Of a DNA stretch of 64,000 bases, positions 34,927-46,298 are shown piece after piece; position 1 is the first letter of the stretch, and the number at the start of each line of letters is the position of its first letter. The notes below the pieces were generated by a model. The model did no database searches, was not told where the DNA came from, and saw only the letters and a program-made list of their open reading frames with translations. The DNA comes from Escherichia coli (GTDB lineage Bacteria > Pseudomonadota > Gammaproteobacteria > Enterobacterales > Enterobacteriaceae): NCBI RefSeq assembly GCF_030384885.1, contig NZ_CP128613.1, one strand, 5' to 3'. The translations under genes and the position numbers were made by a program.

Positions 34927-36353
34927 TGGCATTTGATGATTTACGCAGCTTCTTACAGGCGCTTGATGACCACGGCCAGTTACTGAAAATCAGCGAAGAG
35001 GTGAACGCGGAACCGGATCTGGCAGCCGCTGCCAACGCCACCGGGCGTATCGGCGACGGCGCGCCCGCGCTGTGGTTTGATAATATTCGCGGCTTTATCG
35101 ATGCCCGCGTTGCAATGAACACCATCGGTTCTTGGCAGAACCACGCAATTTCTCTCGGTCTGCCGCCAAACACCCCGGTTAAAAAACAGATTGATGAGTT
35201 TATCCGCCGCTGGGATAACTTCCCGATAGCCCCGGAGCGCCGTGCGAATCCTGCCTGGGCGCAGAACACCGTCGATGGCGACGAGATCAATTTGTTCAAT
35301 ATCCTGCCGCTGTTTCGTTTAAACGATGGCGATGGCGGTTTCTATCTCGACAAAGCGTGCGTGGTTTCCCGCGATCCGCTCGATCCGGATAACTTCGGCA
35401 AGCAGAACGTCGGCATCTATCGCATGGAAGTGAAGGGTAAGCGTAAGCTCGGCCTGCAACCGGTGCCGATGCACGATATCGCCCTGCATCTGCATAAAGC
35501 GGAAGAACGTGGTGAAGATTTGCCAATTGCCATCACGCTGGGTAACGATCCGATCATCACCCTGATGGGCGCCACCCCGCTGAAATATGATCAATCGGAG
35601 TACGAAATGGCGGGCGCGCTACGCGAAAGCCCGTACCCGATCGCCACCGCCCCGCTGACCGGTTTTGATGTGCCGTGGGGTTCAGAAGTGATCCTCGAAG
35701 GGGTTATCGAAAGCCGCAAACGTGAAATCGAAGGGCCGTTCGGTGAGTTTACCGGGCACTACTCCGGTGGGCGCAACATGACCGTAGTGCGCATCGATAA
35801 AGTCTCTTACCGCACCAAACCGATTTTTGAATCGCTCTATCTCGGCATGCCGTGGACCGAAATCGACTACCTGATGGGGCCTGCCACCTGCGTGCCGCTT
35901 TACCAGCAGTTGAAAGCCGAGTTCCCGGAAGTGCAGGCGGTGAACGCTATGTACACCCACGGCCTGCTGGCGATTATCTCCACCAAAAAACGCTATGGCG
36001 GCTTTGCCCGCGCAGTGGGCCTGCGTGCGATGACCACGCCGCACGGTCTGGGTTATGTGAAGATGGTGATTATGGTCGATGAAGACGTTGACCCGTTCAA
36101 CCTGCCGCAGGTGATGTGGGCGCTCTCGTCGAAAGTGAACCCGGCAGGCGATCTGGTGCAACTGCCAAATATGTCCGTGCTGGAACTCGACCCAGGCTCA
36201 AGCCCGGCGGGGATCACCGATAAGCTGATTATCGACGCCACCACGCCTGTCGCCCCGGACAACCGTGGTCACTACAGCCAGCCGGTGGTGGACTTACCGG
36301 AAACCAAAGCCTGGGCTGAAAAACTGACCGCTATGCTGGCCGCACGTAAATAA
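34926..36353 (+). CDS. ecdC: UbiD-family (prFMN-dependent) aromatic acid decarboxylase (475 aa)
   Basis: UbiD-like length and sequence; translationally coupled to the UbiX-like gene. Confidence 0.85.
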   Translation: MAFDDLRSFLQALDDHGQLLKISEEVNAEPDLAAAANATGRIGDGAPALWFDNIRGFIDARVAMNTIGSWQNHAISLGLPPNTPVKKQIDEFIRRWDNFPIAPERRANPAWAQNTVDGDEINLFNILPLFRLNDGDGGFYLDKACVVSRDPLDPDNFGKQNVGIYRMEVKGKRKLGLQPVPMHDIALHLHKAEERGEDLPIAITLGNDPIITLMGATPLKYDQSEYEMAGALRESPYPIATAPLTGFDVPWGSEVILEGVIESRKREIEGPFGEFTGHYSGGRNMTVVRIDKVSYRTKPIFESLYLGMPWTEIDYLMGPATCVPLYQQLKAEFPEVQAVNAMYTHGLLAIISTKKRYGGFARAVGLRAMTTPHGLGYVKMVIMVDEDVDPFNLPQVMWALSSKVNPAGDLVQLPNMSVLELDPGSSPAGITDKLIIDATTPVAPDNRGHYSQPVVDLPETKAWAEKLTAMLAARK

Positions 36354-36363
36354 GGAGAACAAG

Positions 36364-36600
36364 ATGATTTGTCCACGTTGTGCCGATGAACAGATTGAAG
36401 TGATGGCGAAATCGCCGGTGAAAAATGTCTGGACGGTCTACCAGTGCCAGCATTGCCTTTATACATGGCGCGATACTGAACCGCTACGTCGCACCAGCCG
36501 CGAACATTATCCCGAAGCCTTCCGTATGACGCAGAAAGATATTGATGACGCACCGATGGTGCCGAGCATTCCGCCGCTGCTGGCGGAAGGTAAGCGCTAA
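36364..36600 (+). CDS. ecdD: Small zinc-ribbon-like subunit of the decarboxylase (78 aa)
   Basis: CPRC...CQHC cysteine pairs; third gene of a three-gene operon. Confidence 0.75.
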   Translation: MICPRCADEQIEVMAKSPVKNVWTVYQCQHCLYTWRDTEPLRRTSREHYPEAFRMTQKDIDDAPMVPSIPPLLAEGKR

Positions 36601-36602
36601 AT

Positions 36603-36630
36603 AAAAGGTCCGATGCCCATCGGACCTTTT
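36603..36630. terminator. Bidirectional rho-independent terminator between ecdD and ygbN
   Basis: Perfect hairpin ggtccgatg / catcggacc flanked by an A-run upstream and T-run downstream. Confidence 0.8.
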
Positions 36631-36638
36631 TATTAAGG

Positions 36639-38003
36639 TCAAATTACCGCCCATACGCACCAGGTAATTAAGAATCCGGTAAAACCGAGAATGGTCGTTA
36701 ACACTGTCCAGGTTTTCAGACCGTCTGCTACCGACAACCCCAGATATTTGGTCACAATCCAGAACCCTGAGTCATTAATATGTGACGCGCCAAGCCCACC
36801 AAAGCAGGCTGCCAGCGTCACCAATACGCACTGAATCGGATTCAATCCCATCACAGCTTCTGAGAGTAACCCGCCGGTTGTCAGGATTGCTACGGTTGCT
36901 GACCCCTGCGATGCACGCAGCGCCAGTGAAATAATAAATGCGGCTGGTAACAGAGGCAGGTCAATCATTTGTAGCATGTTGGCAAGGGCTTTGCCGACGC
37001 CCGATTCCACCAGCACTTTGCCAAATACCCCTCCAGCACCAGTAACCAAAATCACTACCGCCGCAGTGGGAAGGGCTGAGCCCATAATGTCGCTGGTGTG
37101 TTGTAAGCTCCAGCCGCGACGTAAAGCCAATAACCAGAATGCCAGCACCAGCGCAATCATTAGAGCTACCATTGGTGAGCCGATCAGCTGTAGCGTACCA
37201 AGCAGGGGATGCGAAGGCGGCATCAGTGTTGCGGAAACCGTACCCGCCATGATAATCGCGATAGGAATAACAATTAGCGAGGTGACCAGCGCGACGCCCG
37301 GTGGATTTATTTTATCGCTTAATTTTGTCGCGCCTTCCTCACTGGCCGGAGCCAGTTGCATCTGTTCCAGTACTTCCACCGACATCGCATATTGGCGCTT
37401 ATTGATTATTTTCGCTGCAAAGTAGCCAACAATCCCTACGGGAATAGAAATCGCAATACCGATGATGGTTAGCCAGCCGATGTCTGCGTGGAGTAACCCC
37501 GCTGCGGCGACAGGGCCTGGATGCGGCGGTACCGCCACATGAACAGTTAGCATGATTCCAGCGACAGGCAGGCCAAATTTGAGTGGCGATATTTTGGCAA
37601 CCTTGGCAAAACCGTAAATGATTGGCGCAAGAATAATAAAGCCGACATCAAAGAAGACGGGAATACCGAGGAAGAACGCTGCCAGAGTCAGCGCAGCGAT
37701 AGTTCGTTTGTCACCTAACTTGCGACTGAAATAATTAGCCAGTGACTCTGCACCACCAGAGTGTTCGATCATACGCCCCAGCATAGCGCCCAGACCAATA
37801 ATAATAGTGACGGAACCAAGCACACCGCCCATCCCGGCGATCATCACTTTACCCACTTCGCCCGCCGGTATACCCGCCGCAAGTGCGACTAACAGGCTGA
37901 CGAGGAGCAGAGCAACGAATGGTTGTACCTTTGCCTTGATGACCAGCAGCAACAGCATGATTACGCCAGTTAACGCAATGCATAACAATGTAATTGTGGA
38001 CAT
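36639..38003 (-). CDS. ygbN: GntP-family permease (454 aa)
   Basis: Multi-TM ORF; synteny with ygbMLKJ. Confidence 0.88.
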   Translation of the reverse strand: MSTITLLCIALTGVIMLLLLVIKAKVQPFVALLLVSLLVALAAGIPAGEVGKVMIAGMGGVLGSVTIIIGLGAMLGRMIEHSGGAESLANYFSRKLGDKRTIAALTLAAFFLGIPVFFDVGFIILAPIIYGFAKVAKISPLKFGLPVAGIMLTVHVAVPPHPGPVAAAGLLHADIGWLTIIGIAISIPVGIVGYFAAKIINKRQYAMSVEVLEQMQLAPASEEGATKLSDKINPPGVALVTSLIVIPIAIIMAGTVSATLMPPSHPLLGTLQLIGSPMVALMIALVLAFWLLALRRGWSLQHTSDIMGSALPTAAVVILVTGAGGVFGKVLVESGVGKALANMLQMIDLPLLPAAFIISLALRASQGSATVAILTTGGLLSEAVMGLNPIQCVLVTLAACFGGLGASHINDSGFWIVTKYLGLSVADGLKTWTVLTTILGFTGFLITWCVWAVI

Positions 38004-38091
38004 GGGAAACCCTGTCTGAAAGTTATAGTTAACCTACCCCATCCGTAGATGGGGGGATGTATGGGTACGTTGTAATTAGGGATTTAACGAA

Positions 38092-38868
38092 TTAGCGCCA
38101 GGCGTCAAACCAGCCAAGCCCTTCTTCGGTGAGGCCACGAGGTTTATATTCACAACCGATCCAGCCCTGATATCCCACCTCATCGAACAGGCGGAACAGC
38201 CACGGATAGTTGATTTCTCCATCGTCCGGTTCATGTCGATCAGGTAGTCCGGCAATTTGTACGTGCGCATATTTCCCGGCGTAATCGCGGATTAAATGTG
38301 TCAGGTTGCCATCTACTTTTTGCGCATGGAAAGTATCTAGTTGAATAAACACGTTATCTCGCGCAACCTCTTCAACAATAGCCAGTGCCTGATACTGGCT
38401 GGAGAAGAGATAATGAGGCTTAACGCCGGGGCTGAGTGCTTCAACCAATATTCGCTTGCCGTGTGGCGCAAAGCGGTCGGCAGCGTAGCGGAGATTATCA
38501 ATAAATACTGCCCGGTACCGTTCAGCATCTTCGCCAGCGGGCACGACGCCTGCCATCACATGGACTTGTTCACAATTGAGCGCCAATGCATATTCCAGTG
38601 CCAGGTCGATGTCTGCGCGTGCTTCGTGCTCACGTCCAGGAAGGGCGGATAATCCCCATTCTCCCGCATTAATATCTCCGGGAGCGGTATTGAACAGCGC
38701 CAGTGTCAGATGGTTTTGCACCAGTTGCTTTTGGATTTGCAGGGGGGAGTAGTCATAGGGAAACAGAAATTCCACAGCATCGAACCCGGCTTTTCGCGCT
38801 GCGGCGAAGCGTTCAATAAAAGGCACTTCGGTGAACATCATGGATAAATTAGCTGCAAAACGAGGCAT
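38092..38868 (-). CDS. ygbM: Hydroxypyruvate-isomerase-like TIM-barrel protein, putative 2-oxo-tetronate isomerase (258 aa)
   Basis: Xylose-isomerase-like TIM barrel family; synteny. Confidence 0.85.
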   Translation of the reverse strand: MPRFAANLSMMFTEVPFIERFAAARKAGFDAVEFLFPYDYSPLQIQKQLVQNHLTLALFNTAPGDINAGEWGLSALPGREHEARADIDLALEYALALNCEQVHVMAGVVPAGEDAERYRAVFIDNLRYAADRFAPHGKRILVEALSPGVKPHYLFSSQYQALAIVEEVARDNVFIQLDTFHAQKVDGNLTHLIRDYAGKYAHVQIAGLPDRHEPDDGEINYPWLFRLFDEVGYQGWIGCEYKPRGLTEEGLGWFDAWR

Positions 38869-38872
38869 TGCA

Positions 38873-39511
38873 TTAACTCCTTAATTCCGCAATTTCACCT
38901 GCGGTCAGATAACGGATCGGGCGGTCACCGAGAATAAAAATCAGCTTTGCCGTTTCCTCCAGCTCTTCCATATTGTTGGCGGCTTCTTGCAGGCTTTCAC
39001 CGCAAACCACTGGGCCATGATTTGCCAGTAAAAAAGCCTGATTGTCTGCTGCCAGTTCCGCCAGATCCTGTGCGATGCGTTTATCGCCCGGTCGGTAATA
39101 GGGCACCAGCGGGACATTACCCATCCGCATCACCACGTATGGTGTGAACGGCCGAATAACGTTATTGCTGTCCAGCCCTTCCAGGCAGGAAAGCGCCGTC
39201 GACCACGTACTGTGCAAATGCACTACCGCTTTACAGCGCGGATTGTTGCGATACAGCGCCAGATGAAAGAGCACCTCTTTCGAGGGTTTGTCACCACTTA
39301 ACCATTCGCCATCCACGGCGACTTTGGAAAGCCGCTGCGGATCGAGATTGCCCAGGCATGAACCTGTCGGTGTCGCCAGTAAATTCCCATCAGGTAAAAG
39401 CAGCGACAGATTGCCAGCCGAACCGGTTGCATAGCCGCGCTGAAAGAATGAACTGGCAATCCGCGTCATCTCCTCTCGCAAAGACTGCTCTACTTTTGCG
39501 AAATCGCTCAT
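38873..39511 (-). CDS. ygbL: Class II aldolase/adducin-family protein, putative 3-oxo-tetronate 4-phosphate decarboxylase (212 aa)
   Basis: Class II aldolase family; synteny. Confidence 0.85.
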   Translation of the reverse strand: MSDFAKVEQSLREEMTRIASSFFQRGYATGSAGNLSLLLPDGNLLATPTGSCLGNLDPQRLSKVAVDGEWLSGDKPSKEVLFHLALYRNNPRCKAVVHLHSTWSTALSCLEGLDSNNVIRPFTPYVVMRMGNVPLVPYYRPGDKRIAQDLAELAADNQAFLLANHGPVVCGESLQEAANNMEELEETAKLIFILGDRPIRYLTAGEIAELRS

Positions 39512-40770
39512 GATAAAAACTCTCTTTGGGCTCGTGAAAAAAAGGCTTCATCACCGAAGTTGCCAGATTTAAGGGCGAGTGAGACAGGCTTATCCAGTGC
39601 GTTTACCCACGGCACGCCGGGGGAAATGGTTGGGCCAATATGAAACCCTTTTATTCCCAGGCTCTGTGTGACTACGCCGGAGGTCTCACCGCCTGCGACA
39701 ATAAAGCGTGTCACGCCTTCCGCTGCTAACTGCGCCGCTAGTTGAGAAAACAGTGTTTCTACTGCCTGACTGGCTTTTTGTGCACCGTATTGCTGTTGAA
39801 TTGCTGCCAATGCGTCAGTGCTGGCGGTGGCAAAAACCAGTGGAGCAAGTACACTTTCCTGGCCCAGAACCCACTCTGCCAGCTCGTGTGCATAAGCGGC
39901 CAGAGTTTCAATTGAGAGGCAGCGTGCAACATCAACTTCACGGGCTGGTGCAATTTGACGGTAATGTGCCACCTGGCGGTTGGTCATTTGAGAGCATGAA
40001 CCGGAGAGCACTACGCCGCGCCCTGCGAGCGGACGCCCTGCTTCGCGAGCCTGGTTACCATTTTCTTGCGCCCACTGCCGGGCCAGGCCAATTGCCAGAC
40101 CAGAACCGCCCGTTACCAGTGGGGCATCGCGCAAGGCTTCCCCCTGAATTTCCAGATGGTGTTCGGTCAGCGCATCAAGCACCGCGTAGCGATAGCCCTC
40201 TTGCTGTAAGCGAGCCAGCTCCTGACGAACGGCTTTCACACCTTGTTCGAAAACATGTGCTGAAACGACGCCGCAGCGCCCTGTGGATTGCGCTTCAACC
40301 AGACGGGGAAGATAGCTGTCGGTCATGGGATTTACCGGGTGATGGCGCATCCCGGATTCGGCCAGCAGTTGATTCATTACGAACAAATACCCCTGATAAA
40401 CCGTACGTCCGTTGACCGGCAGGGCCGGAGAGAAGACCGTAAACGGCGTGTCGAGAGCATCCATTAATGCATCGGTAACCGGGCCGATATTACCTTTCGC
40501 CGTACTGTCGAAAGTAGAGCAGTATTTGAAATAGATCTGTTTGCAACCTTGCTGTTGCAACCAGCTCAGAGCCGCCAGCGATTGCTGTGTGGCTTCAACC
40601 ACCGGACAGGAGCGCGTTTTCAGGCTGATCACCAGTGCGTCGATTGCTTCCGGCATTTTACCTGTTGGAACACCGTTAATTTGTACCGTTGGTAGACCGT
40701 TTTCCACCAGAAAACTGGCGATATCCGTCGCGCCGGTAAAATCATCGGCGATAACGCCAATCTTGATCAT
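39508..40770 (-). CDS. ygbK: DUF1537-family four-carbon acid-sugar kinase (420 aa)
   Basis: N-terminus MIKIGVIADDFTGATD typical of the family. Confidence 0.85.
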   Translation of the reverse strand: MIKIGVIADDFTGATDIASFLVENGLPTVQINGVPTGKMPEAIDALVISLKTRSCPVVEATQQSLAALSWLQQQGCKQIYFKYCSTFDSTAKGNIGPVTDALMDALDTPFTVFSPALPVNGRTVYQGYLFVMNQLLAESGMRHHPVNPMTDSYLPRLVEAQSTGRCGVVSAHVFEQGVKAVRQELARLQQEGYRYAVLDALTEHHLEIQGEALRDAPLVTGGSGLAIGLARQWAQENGNQAREAGRPLAGRGVVLSGSCSQMTNRQVAHYRQIAPAREVDVARCLSIETLAAYAHELAEWVLGQESVLAPLVFATASTDALAAIQQQYGAQKASQAVETLFSQLAAQLAAEGVTRFIVAGGETSGVVTQSLGIKGFHIGPTISPGVPWVNALDKPVSLALKSGNFGDEAFFSRAQREFLS

Positions 40771-41675
40771 GATTTCGCTCCCGGTAGAGTGATGCCAGAG
40801 AAAATCTTGATAACTGCGCTATCGTCTTCTTTCCCGTAACCCGCGTTACTGGCGCTGGTGAACATATTCAATGCTGTTGAGGCCAATGGCAGCGGAAAGT
40901 GCAGGGCTTTGGCTGTATCGGCAACCAGACCAAGATCCTTAACAAAAATATCGACGGCTGAATGCGGGGTGTAATCGCCATCCACCACATGACGCATCCG
41001 GTTTTCGAACATCCAGGAATTTCCGGCGGCATTGGTCACGACGTCATACATCACATCCAGCGGGATCCCCGCACGGGCTGCAAGTGCCATCGCTTCGGCT
41101 CCGGCAGCAATATGTACGCCCGCTAACAACTGGTGAATAATTTTTACGGTCGAACCTAGTCCCGGTTCTGCACCTATGCGATAAACTTTTCCGGCAACGG
41201 CTTCCAGCACGGGTGCCAGTCGTTCAAAGGCAATATCGCTACCGGAGGCCATGACAGTCATTTCACCGTTAGCGGCTTTTACTGCACCACCAGAAACTGG
41301 CGCATCCAGCATTTCCAGATCGAATCCAGCCAGAGCGGTAGCAATTTCTTGCGCATCAGCACTGGCGATAGTGGAAGAAACCATTACTGCCGTACCGGGT
41401 TTCAGATGTTGTGCAACGCCTGTTTCACCAAACAGCACCTGTTTAACCTGGGCCGCATTGACCACCAGCACCAGCAGAGCGTCCAGTTTTTCGGCAAACG
41501 TCGCGGCGTTATCAGAAACCCCGCAAGCACCTGCCTCTTTCAACGTAGCGCAGGCATTGCTGTTTAGGTCTGCGCCCCAGGTAGAAAGACCTGCGCGGAC
41601 ACATGACAGTGCTGCTCCCATTCCCATTGACCCTAAGCCAACGATACCGACATGAAACTCAGATCCCGTTTTCAT
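40767..41675 (-). CDS. ygbJ: NAD-dependent 3-hydroxyisobutyrate-dehydrogenase-like enzyme, putative L-threonate dehydrogenase (302 aa)
   Basis: N-terminal GxGxMG Rossmann motif (VGIVGLGSMG). Confidence 0.85.
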   Translation of the reverse strand: MKTGSEFHVGIVGLGSMGMGAALSCVRAGLSTWGADLNSNACATLKEAGACGVSDNAATFAEKLDALLVLVVNAAQVKQVLFGETGVAQHLKPGTAVMVSSTIASADAQEIATALAGFDLEMLDAPVSGGAVKAANGEMTVMASGSDIAFERLAPVLEAVAGKVYRIGAEPGLGSTVKIIHQLLAGVHIAAGAEAMALAARAGIPLDVMYDVVTNAAGNSWMFENRMRHVVDGDYTPHSAVDIFVKDLGLVADTAKALHFPLPLASTALNMFTSASNAGYGKEDDSAVIKIFSGITLPGAKS

Positions 41676-41870
41676 CTGCTCTCCTTGTTAATTTAAGTGA
41701 TATTTTGTTTGATAATGTGAATATAAGCGCTGGAAGATAACGATATGGTGAGCTGATTCACAAAAATTAACATTGTGTGTTATTTTATGTGAACTAAGCG
41801 TTAGTTGCGCCGCGCACGTTTCGCAGGCAAATAGCGTAGAATGTCAGCAGGACAAAGGAAGGAGCAAAAG

Positions 41871-42638
41871 TTGATACCCGTAGAGCGTCGCCAAATCATC
41901 CTTGAGATGGTAGCTGAAAAAGGCATTGTCAGTATTGCTGAACTAACGGACAGAATGAATGTGTCACATATGACCATTCGTCGGGATTTACAAAAACTGG
42001 AGCAGCAGGGAGCCGTTGTGCTGGTGTCCGGAGGCGTCCAGTCTCCGGGACGCGTGGCGCATGAACCTTCTCATCAGGTAAAAACTGCGCTGGCAATGAC
42101 GCAAAAAGCGGCTATTGGCAAGCTGGCGGCAAGTCTTGTTCAGCCGGGAAGTTGTATCTATCTGGATGCGGGAACGACCACGCTAGCGATAGCACAGCAT
42201 CTGATTCACATGGAGTCACTGACTGTGGTCACAAACGATTTCGTTATTGCGGACTACTTGCTCGACAACAGTAATTGCACAATTATTCACACTGGCGGTG
42301 CAGTATGTCGGGAAAACCGTTCCTGTGTCGGGGAAGCCGCTGCGACCATGCTGCGCAGCCTGATGATTGATCAGGCTTTTATTTCTGCATCGTCATGGAG
42401 TGTGCGGGGGATTTCTACGCCAGCGGAAGATAAAGTCACGGTGAAACGGGCGATTGCCAGTGCCAGCCGCCAGCGAGTTTTGGTCTGTGATGCGACGAAA
42501 TATGGTCAGGTGGCGACATGGCTGGCGTTACCATTAAGCGAGTTTGATCAGATTATTACAGACGACGGTTTGCCGGAGAGTGCCAGTCGCGCGCTGGCGA
42601 AGCAGGATCTCTCTTTGCTGGTAGCGAAAAATGAATAA
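41871..42638 (+). CDS. ygbI: DeoR-family transcriptional regulator (255 aa)
   Basis: Probable TTG start at 41871 with aaggaaggag SD; DeoR HTH N-terminus. Confidence 0.8.
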   Translation: MIPVERRQIILEMVAEKGIVSIAELTDRMNVSHMTIRRDLQKLEQQGAVVLVSGGVQSPGRVAHEPSHQVKTALAMTQKAAIGKLAASLVQPGSCIYLDAGTTTLAIAQHLIHMESLTVVTNDFVIADYLLDNSNCTIIHTGGAVCRENRSCVGEAAATMLRSLMIDQAFISASSWSVRGISTPAEDKVTVKRAIASASRQRVLVCDATKYGQVATWLALPLSEFDQIITDDGLPESASRALAKQDLSLLVAKNE

Positions 42639-42688
42639 TGGCCTGCAATAACACCGGGTTACTCATGCTTCACAGAAGAAGCATGAGA

Positions 42689-43345
42689 CTACTTTATTTT
42701 ATAAAATGACAGGCGCCCACTTTCCGGCGAACCGGTATCAATATAAACCTGGTTGGCGAATGTCTGGATGTTATCAAACATCATATGTCCGAAGATAAAG
42801 CAGTCGGCGCCGTTTATTTCCTGTAACTCGCCTTTGAGCGATTTCAGTACGCGATCAACAGGCCAGAGCAATTCTCTCTCCGCTATTTCTTTGCCAAAGA
42901 GATATTCATTCCCCGGATAATCTGCATGCGCGATGACATATTTTATTATGTCGTTAGTGATTTAAACAATATGCGGAAGATTATGAAAACGTAGCAACAG
43001 GTCTATTGCTTCTTTTTGTTCCGTATCACTTAACTCAAAGAACCAGTCGCCACCACTGGCAAGCCACATATTGCCATCGCCGGTCGCGAACGCATCCAAT
43101 GCCATCGCTTCATGGTTGCCTTTGACCGATGTAAACCAGGGCTGGTTTAGCAGGCGCAGCACGTTAAGACTCTCCGGCCCACGATCAATATTATCGCCGA
43201 CAGAAATAAGTAAGTCGGTTTCAGGGCAAAAAGAGAGTTGATGTAAGCGGGATTGTAATAATTGATAGTCACCATGAATATCACCAACGGCCCATATATG
43301 GCGATAGTGATGGGCATTAATTTTTTGATAGCGTGTAGATGGCAT
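42689..43345 (-). pseudogene. pphB: Serine/threonine protein phosphatase 2 (lambda-phosphatase-like PPP family) interrupted by an in-frame TAA at 42962-42964
   Basis: Track ORFs 42962..43345 and 42689..42871 are in the same frame; N-part carries GDIHG, GDNIDRG and GNHE motifs, C-part carries the remaining histidine motifs; total 219 codons. Confidence 0.8.
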
Positions 43346-43450
43346 GGTTTTACCCTGTAAAATAAGATTTCCTATTATACAGGGTATTTTTATTTGATTC
43401 GTCAGTTGTCGTTAATATTCCCGATAGCAAAAAACTATCGGGAATTGTTA

Positions 43451-46012
43451 TTACACCAGACTCTTCAAGCGATAAATCCATTCCAGCGCCTGACGCGGGG
43501 TAAGTGAATCCGGGTCAAGATTTTCCAGCGCTTCGACCGCTGGCGACGTTTCTTCTGGCACTGAAAGCAAAGACATTTGCGTACCATCCACTTGCGTAGC
43601 GGCGGCGTTCGGCGAAATGCTTTCCAGCTCACGCAGTTTTTGCCGTGCGCGCTTAATAACCTCTTTTGGTACGCCCGCCAGAGCTGCAACCGCCAGACCG
43701 TAGCTTTTGCTCGCCGCGCCATCCTGCACGCTGTGCATAAAGGCAATGGTGTCGCCGTGCTCCAGCGCATCAAGATGCACGTTGGCGACGCCTTCCATTT
43801 TCTCCGGCAGTTGAGTCAGTTCAAAGTAGTGGGTAGCAAACAACGTCAACGCTTTAATCTTATTCGCCAGATTTTCAGCGCACGCCCATGCCAGCGACAG
43901 ACCATCGTAAGTGGACGTTCCGCGCCCAATCTCATCCATCAACACCAGGCTGTACTCCGTGGCGTTATGCAGAATATTGGCGGTTTCGGTCATCTCCACC
44001 ATAAAGGTTGAACGCCCGGATGCCAGATCGTCAGCCGCGCCCACACGGGTAAAGATACGGTCAATCGGGCCAATCTCGACTTTTTGCGCCGGTACGTAGC
44101 TGCCGATATAGGCCATCAGCGCAATCAGTGCGGTCTGGCGCATATAGGTACTTTTACCGCCCATGTTCGGACCGGTGATGATCAACATGCGACGCTGCGG
44201 CGACAGGTTCAGCGGGTTAGCGATAAACGGCTCATTCAGTACCTGTTCAACCACCGGATGGCGACCTTCGGTAATGCGAATGCCCGGTTTATCAATGAAG
44301 GTCGGGCAGGTGTAGTTCAGGGTATAGGCCCGTTCCGCCAGGTTTACCAGTACGTCGAGTTCTGCCAGTGCGCTCGCGCTCTGTTGCAACGCTTCCAGAT
44401 GCGGCAACAGCAGGTCGAACAACTCTTCATAAAGCTGTTTTTCCAGTGCCAGCGCTTTACCTTTCGAGGTGAGTACTTTGTCTTCATACTCTTTTAGCTC
44501 TGGAATAATGTAGCGTTCGGCGTTTTTCAGCGTCTGGCGACGCATATAGTTGATGGGTGCGAGATGGCTTTGTCCACGGCTAATCTGAATGTAATAACCA
44601 TGCACCGCGTTAAAGCCAACTTTCAGCGTGTCCAGGCCGGTACGTTCACGCTCGCGAACTTCCAGACGCTCCAGATAATCTGTCGCGCCGTCAGCCAGCG
44701 CTCGCCACTCATCCAGCTCTTCGTTATAGCCTGATGCGATAACACCACCGTCGCGTACCAGCACCGGCGGTGTGTCGATGATTGCTCGCTCCAGCAGATC
44801 GCGCAGCTCTGCAAACTCGCCCATTTTCTCACGCAGCGCCTGTACCGGTGCACTAGCGACATTTTCTAACTGCGCACGCAGCTCCGGCAGTTGCTGGAAA
44901 GCGTGACGCATACGGGCCAGATCGCGTGGGCGGGCAGTCCGTAAAGCCAGACGTGCCAGAATACGTTCCAGGTCGCCGACCTGACGCAGTACCGGCTGCA
45001 GCTCAGCGGTGAAATCCTGCAATGCGCCAATAGTTTGCTGGCGCTCAAGCAACACGCGGGTATCGCGCACTGGCATATGCAGCCAGCGTTTCAGCATTCG
45101 ACTCCCCATCGGCGTTACAGTGCAATCGAGCACGGAAGCCAGCGTGTTTTCCGCACCGCCCGCCAGGTTCTGGGTAATTTCCAGGTTACGACGCGTCGCG
45201 GCATCCATAATGATGCTGTCCTGCTCACGTTCCATAGTGATAGAACGAATATGCGGCAGAGTCGTACGTTGAGTATCTTTCGCATACTGCAACAGACAAC
45301 CGGCGGCACAAAGTCCGCGCGGCGCGTTCTCGACGCCAAAACCGACCAGATCGCGAGTGCCAAATTGTAGATTCAACTGCTGGCGCGCGGTGTCGATTTC
45401 AAACTCCCACAGCGGGCGACGGCGCAAGCCGCGACGACCTTCAATCAGCGACATTTCAGCAAAATCTTCTGCATACAGCAGTTCCGCCGGATTAGTGCGT
45501 TGCAGTTCTGCCGCCATCGTTTCGCGGTCAGCCGGTTCACTCAGGCGAAAACGACCGGAACTGATATCCAGCGTCGCGTAGCCGAAACCTTTACTGTCCT
45601 GCCAGATAGCCGCCAGCAGGTTGTCCTGACGCTCCTGCAACAGCGCTTCATCGCTGATGGTGCCCGGCGTAACGATACGCACAACTTTGCGCTCAACCGG
45701 ACCTTTGCTGGTCGCCGGATCGCCAATTTGTTCGCAGATGGCAACGGACTCGCCCTGATTCACCAGTTTGGCGAGGTAGTTTTCCACCGCATGGTATGGA
45801 ATCCCCGCCATCGGGATCGGCTCTCCCGCTGAAGCGCCGCGTTTGGTCAGTGAAATATCCAGCAGTTGTGACGCACGTTTTGCGTCGTCATAAAACAGTT
45901 CGTAAAAGTCACCCATCCGGTAGAACAGCAGGATCTCGGGATGCTGGGCTTTCAGCTTGAGATACTGCTGCATCATTGGCGTGTGGGCGTCGAAATTTTC
46001 TATTGCACTCAT
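43451..46012 (-). CDS. mutS: DNA mismatch repair protein MutS (853 aa)
   Basis: Walker [10 protein letters not shown]; full-length. Confidence 0.97.
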   Translation of the reverse strand: MSAIENFDAHTPMMQQYLKLKAQHPEILLFYRMGDFYELFYDDAKRASQLLDISLTKRGASAGEPIPMAGIPYHAVENYLAKLVNQGESVAICEQIGDPATSKGPVERKVVRIVTPGTISDEALLQERQDNLLAAIWQDSKGFGYATLDISSGRFRLSEPADRETMAAELQRTNPAELLYAEDFAEMSLIEGRRGLRRRPLWEFEIDTARQQLNLQFGTRDLVGFGVENAPRGLCAAGCLLQYAKDTQRTTLPHIRSITMEREQDSIIMDAATRRNLEITQNLAGGAENTLASVLDCTVTPMGSRMLKRWLHMPVRDTRVLLERQQTIGALQDFTAELQPVLRQVGDLERILARLALRTARPRDLARMRHAFQQLPELRAQLENVASAPVQALREKMGEFAELRDLLERAIIDTPPVLVRDGGVIASGYNEELDEWRALADGATDYLERLEVRERERTGLDTLKVGFNAVHGYYIQISRGQSHLAPINYMRRQTLKNAERYIIPELKEYEDKVLTSKGKALALEKQLYEELFDLLLPHLEALQQSASALAELDVLVNLAERAYTLNYTCPTFIDKPGIRITEGRHPVVEQVLNEPFIANPLNLSPQRRMLIITGPNMGGKSTYMRQTALIALMAYIGSYVPAQKVEIGPIDRIFTRVGAADDLASGRSTFMVEMTETANILHNATEYSLVLMDEIGRGTSTYDGLSLAWACAENLANKIKALTLFATHYFELTQLPEKMEGVANVHLDALEHGDTIAFMHSVQDGAASKSYGLAVAALAGVPKEVIKRARQKLRELESISPNAAATQVDGTQMSLLSVPEETSPAVEALENLDPDSLTPRQALEWIYRLKSLV

Positions 46013-46298
46013 GGAGTTATGTCCGGTTCCCTGATTTTAAATGGGGTGTGATGATTTTTATTTTCGTTGTAATCACATAAGGCGCACATGATACCGGAGT
46101 TAATCATTTCAGGGGAAGAAGCGAACGGCGAGTTCTTGATGTCGGTTCCGCGAAAAATGCTGCTTTGCAGCTTTTGCGTGATGCTTATGAAGCAAGTACG
46201 CAAAATTGTATCAGTTGGCGAACCCTTCTTCTTCAGAGACATAGTCCCCTTTAAAATTAAGTTGTAATATAAATGCACCTTAAGAGTATGGAGGCAGC

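Noticed and set aside
43400-43450. Palindrome ttcccgatagcaaaaaactatcgggaa downstream of mutS, considered as a terminator
   Set aside because: Orientation and U-tract are ambiguous for the minus-strand mutS transcript; could equally be a plus-strand terminator or a REP-like element; not confidently callable
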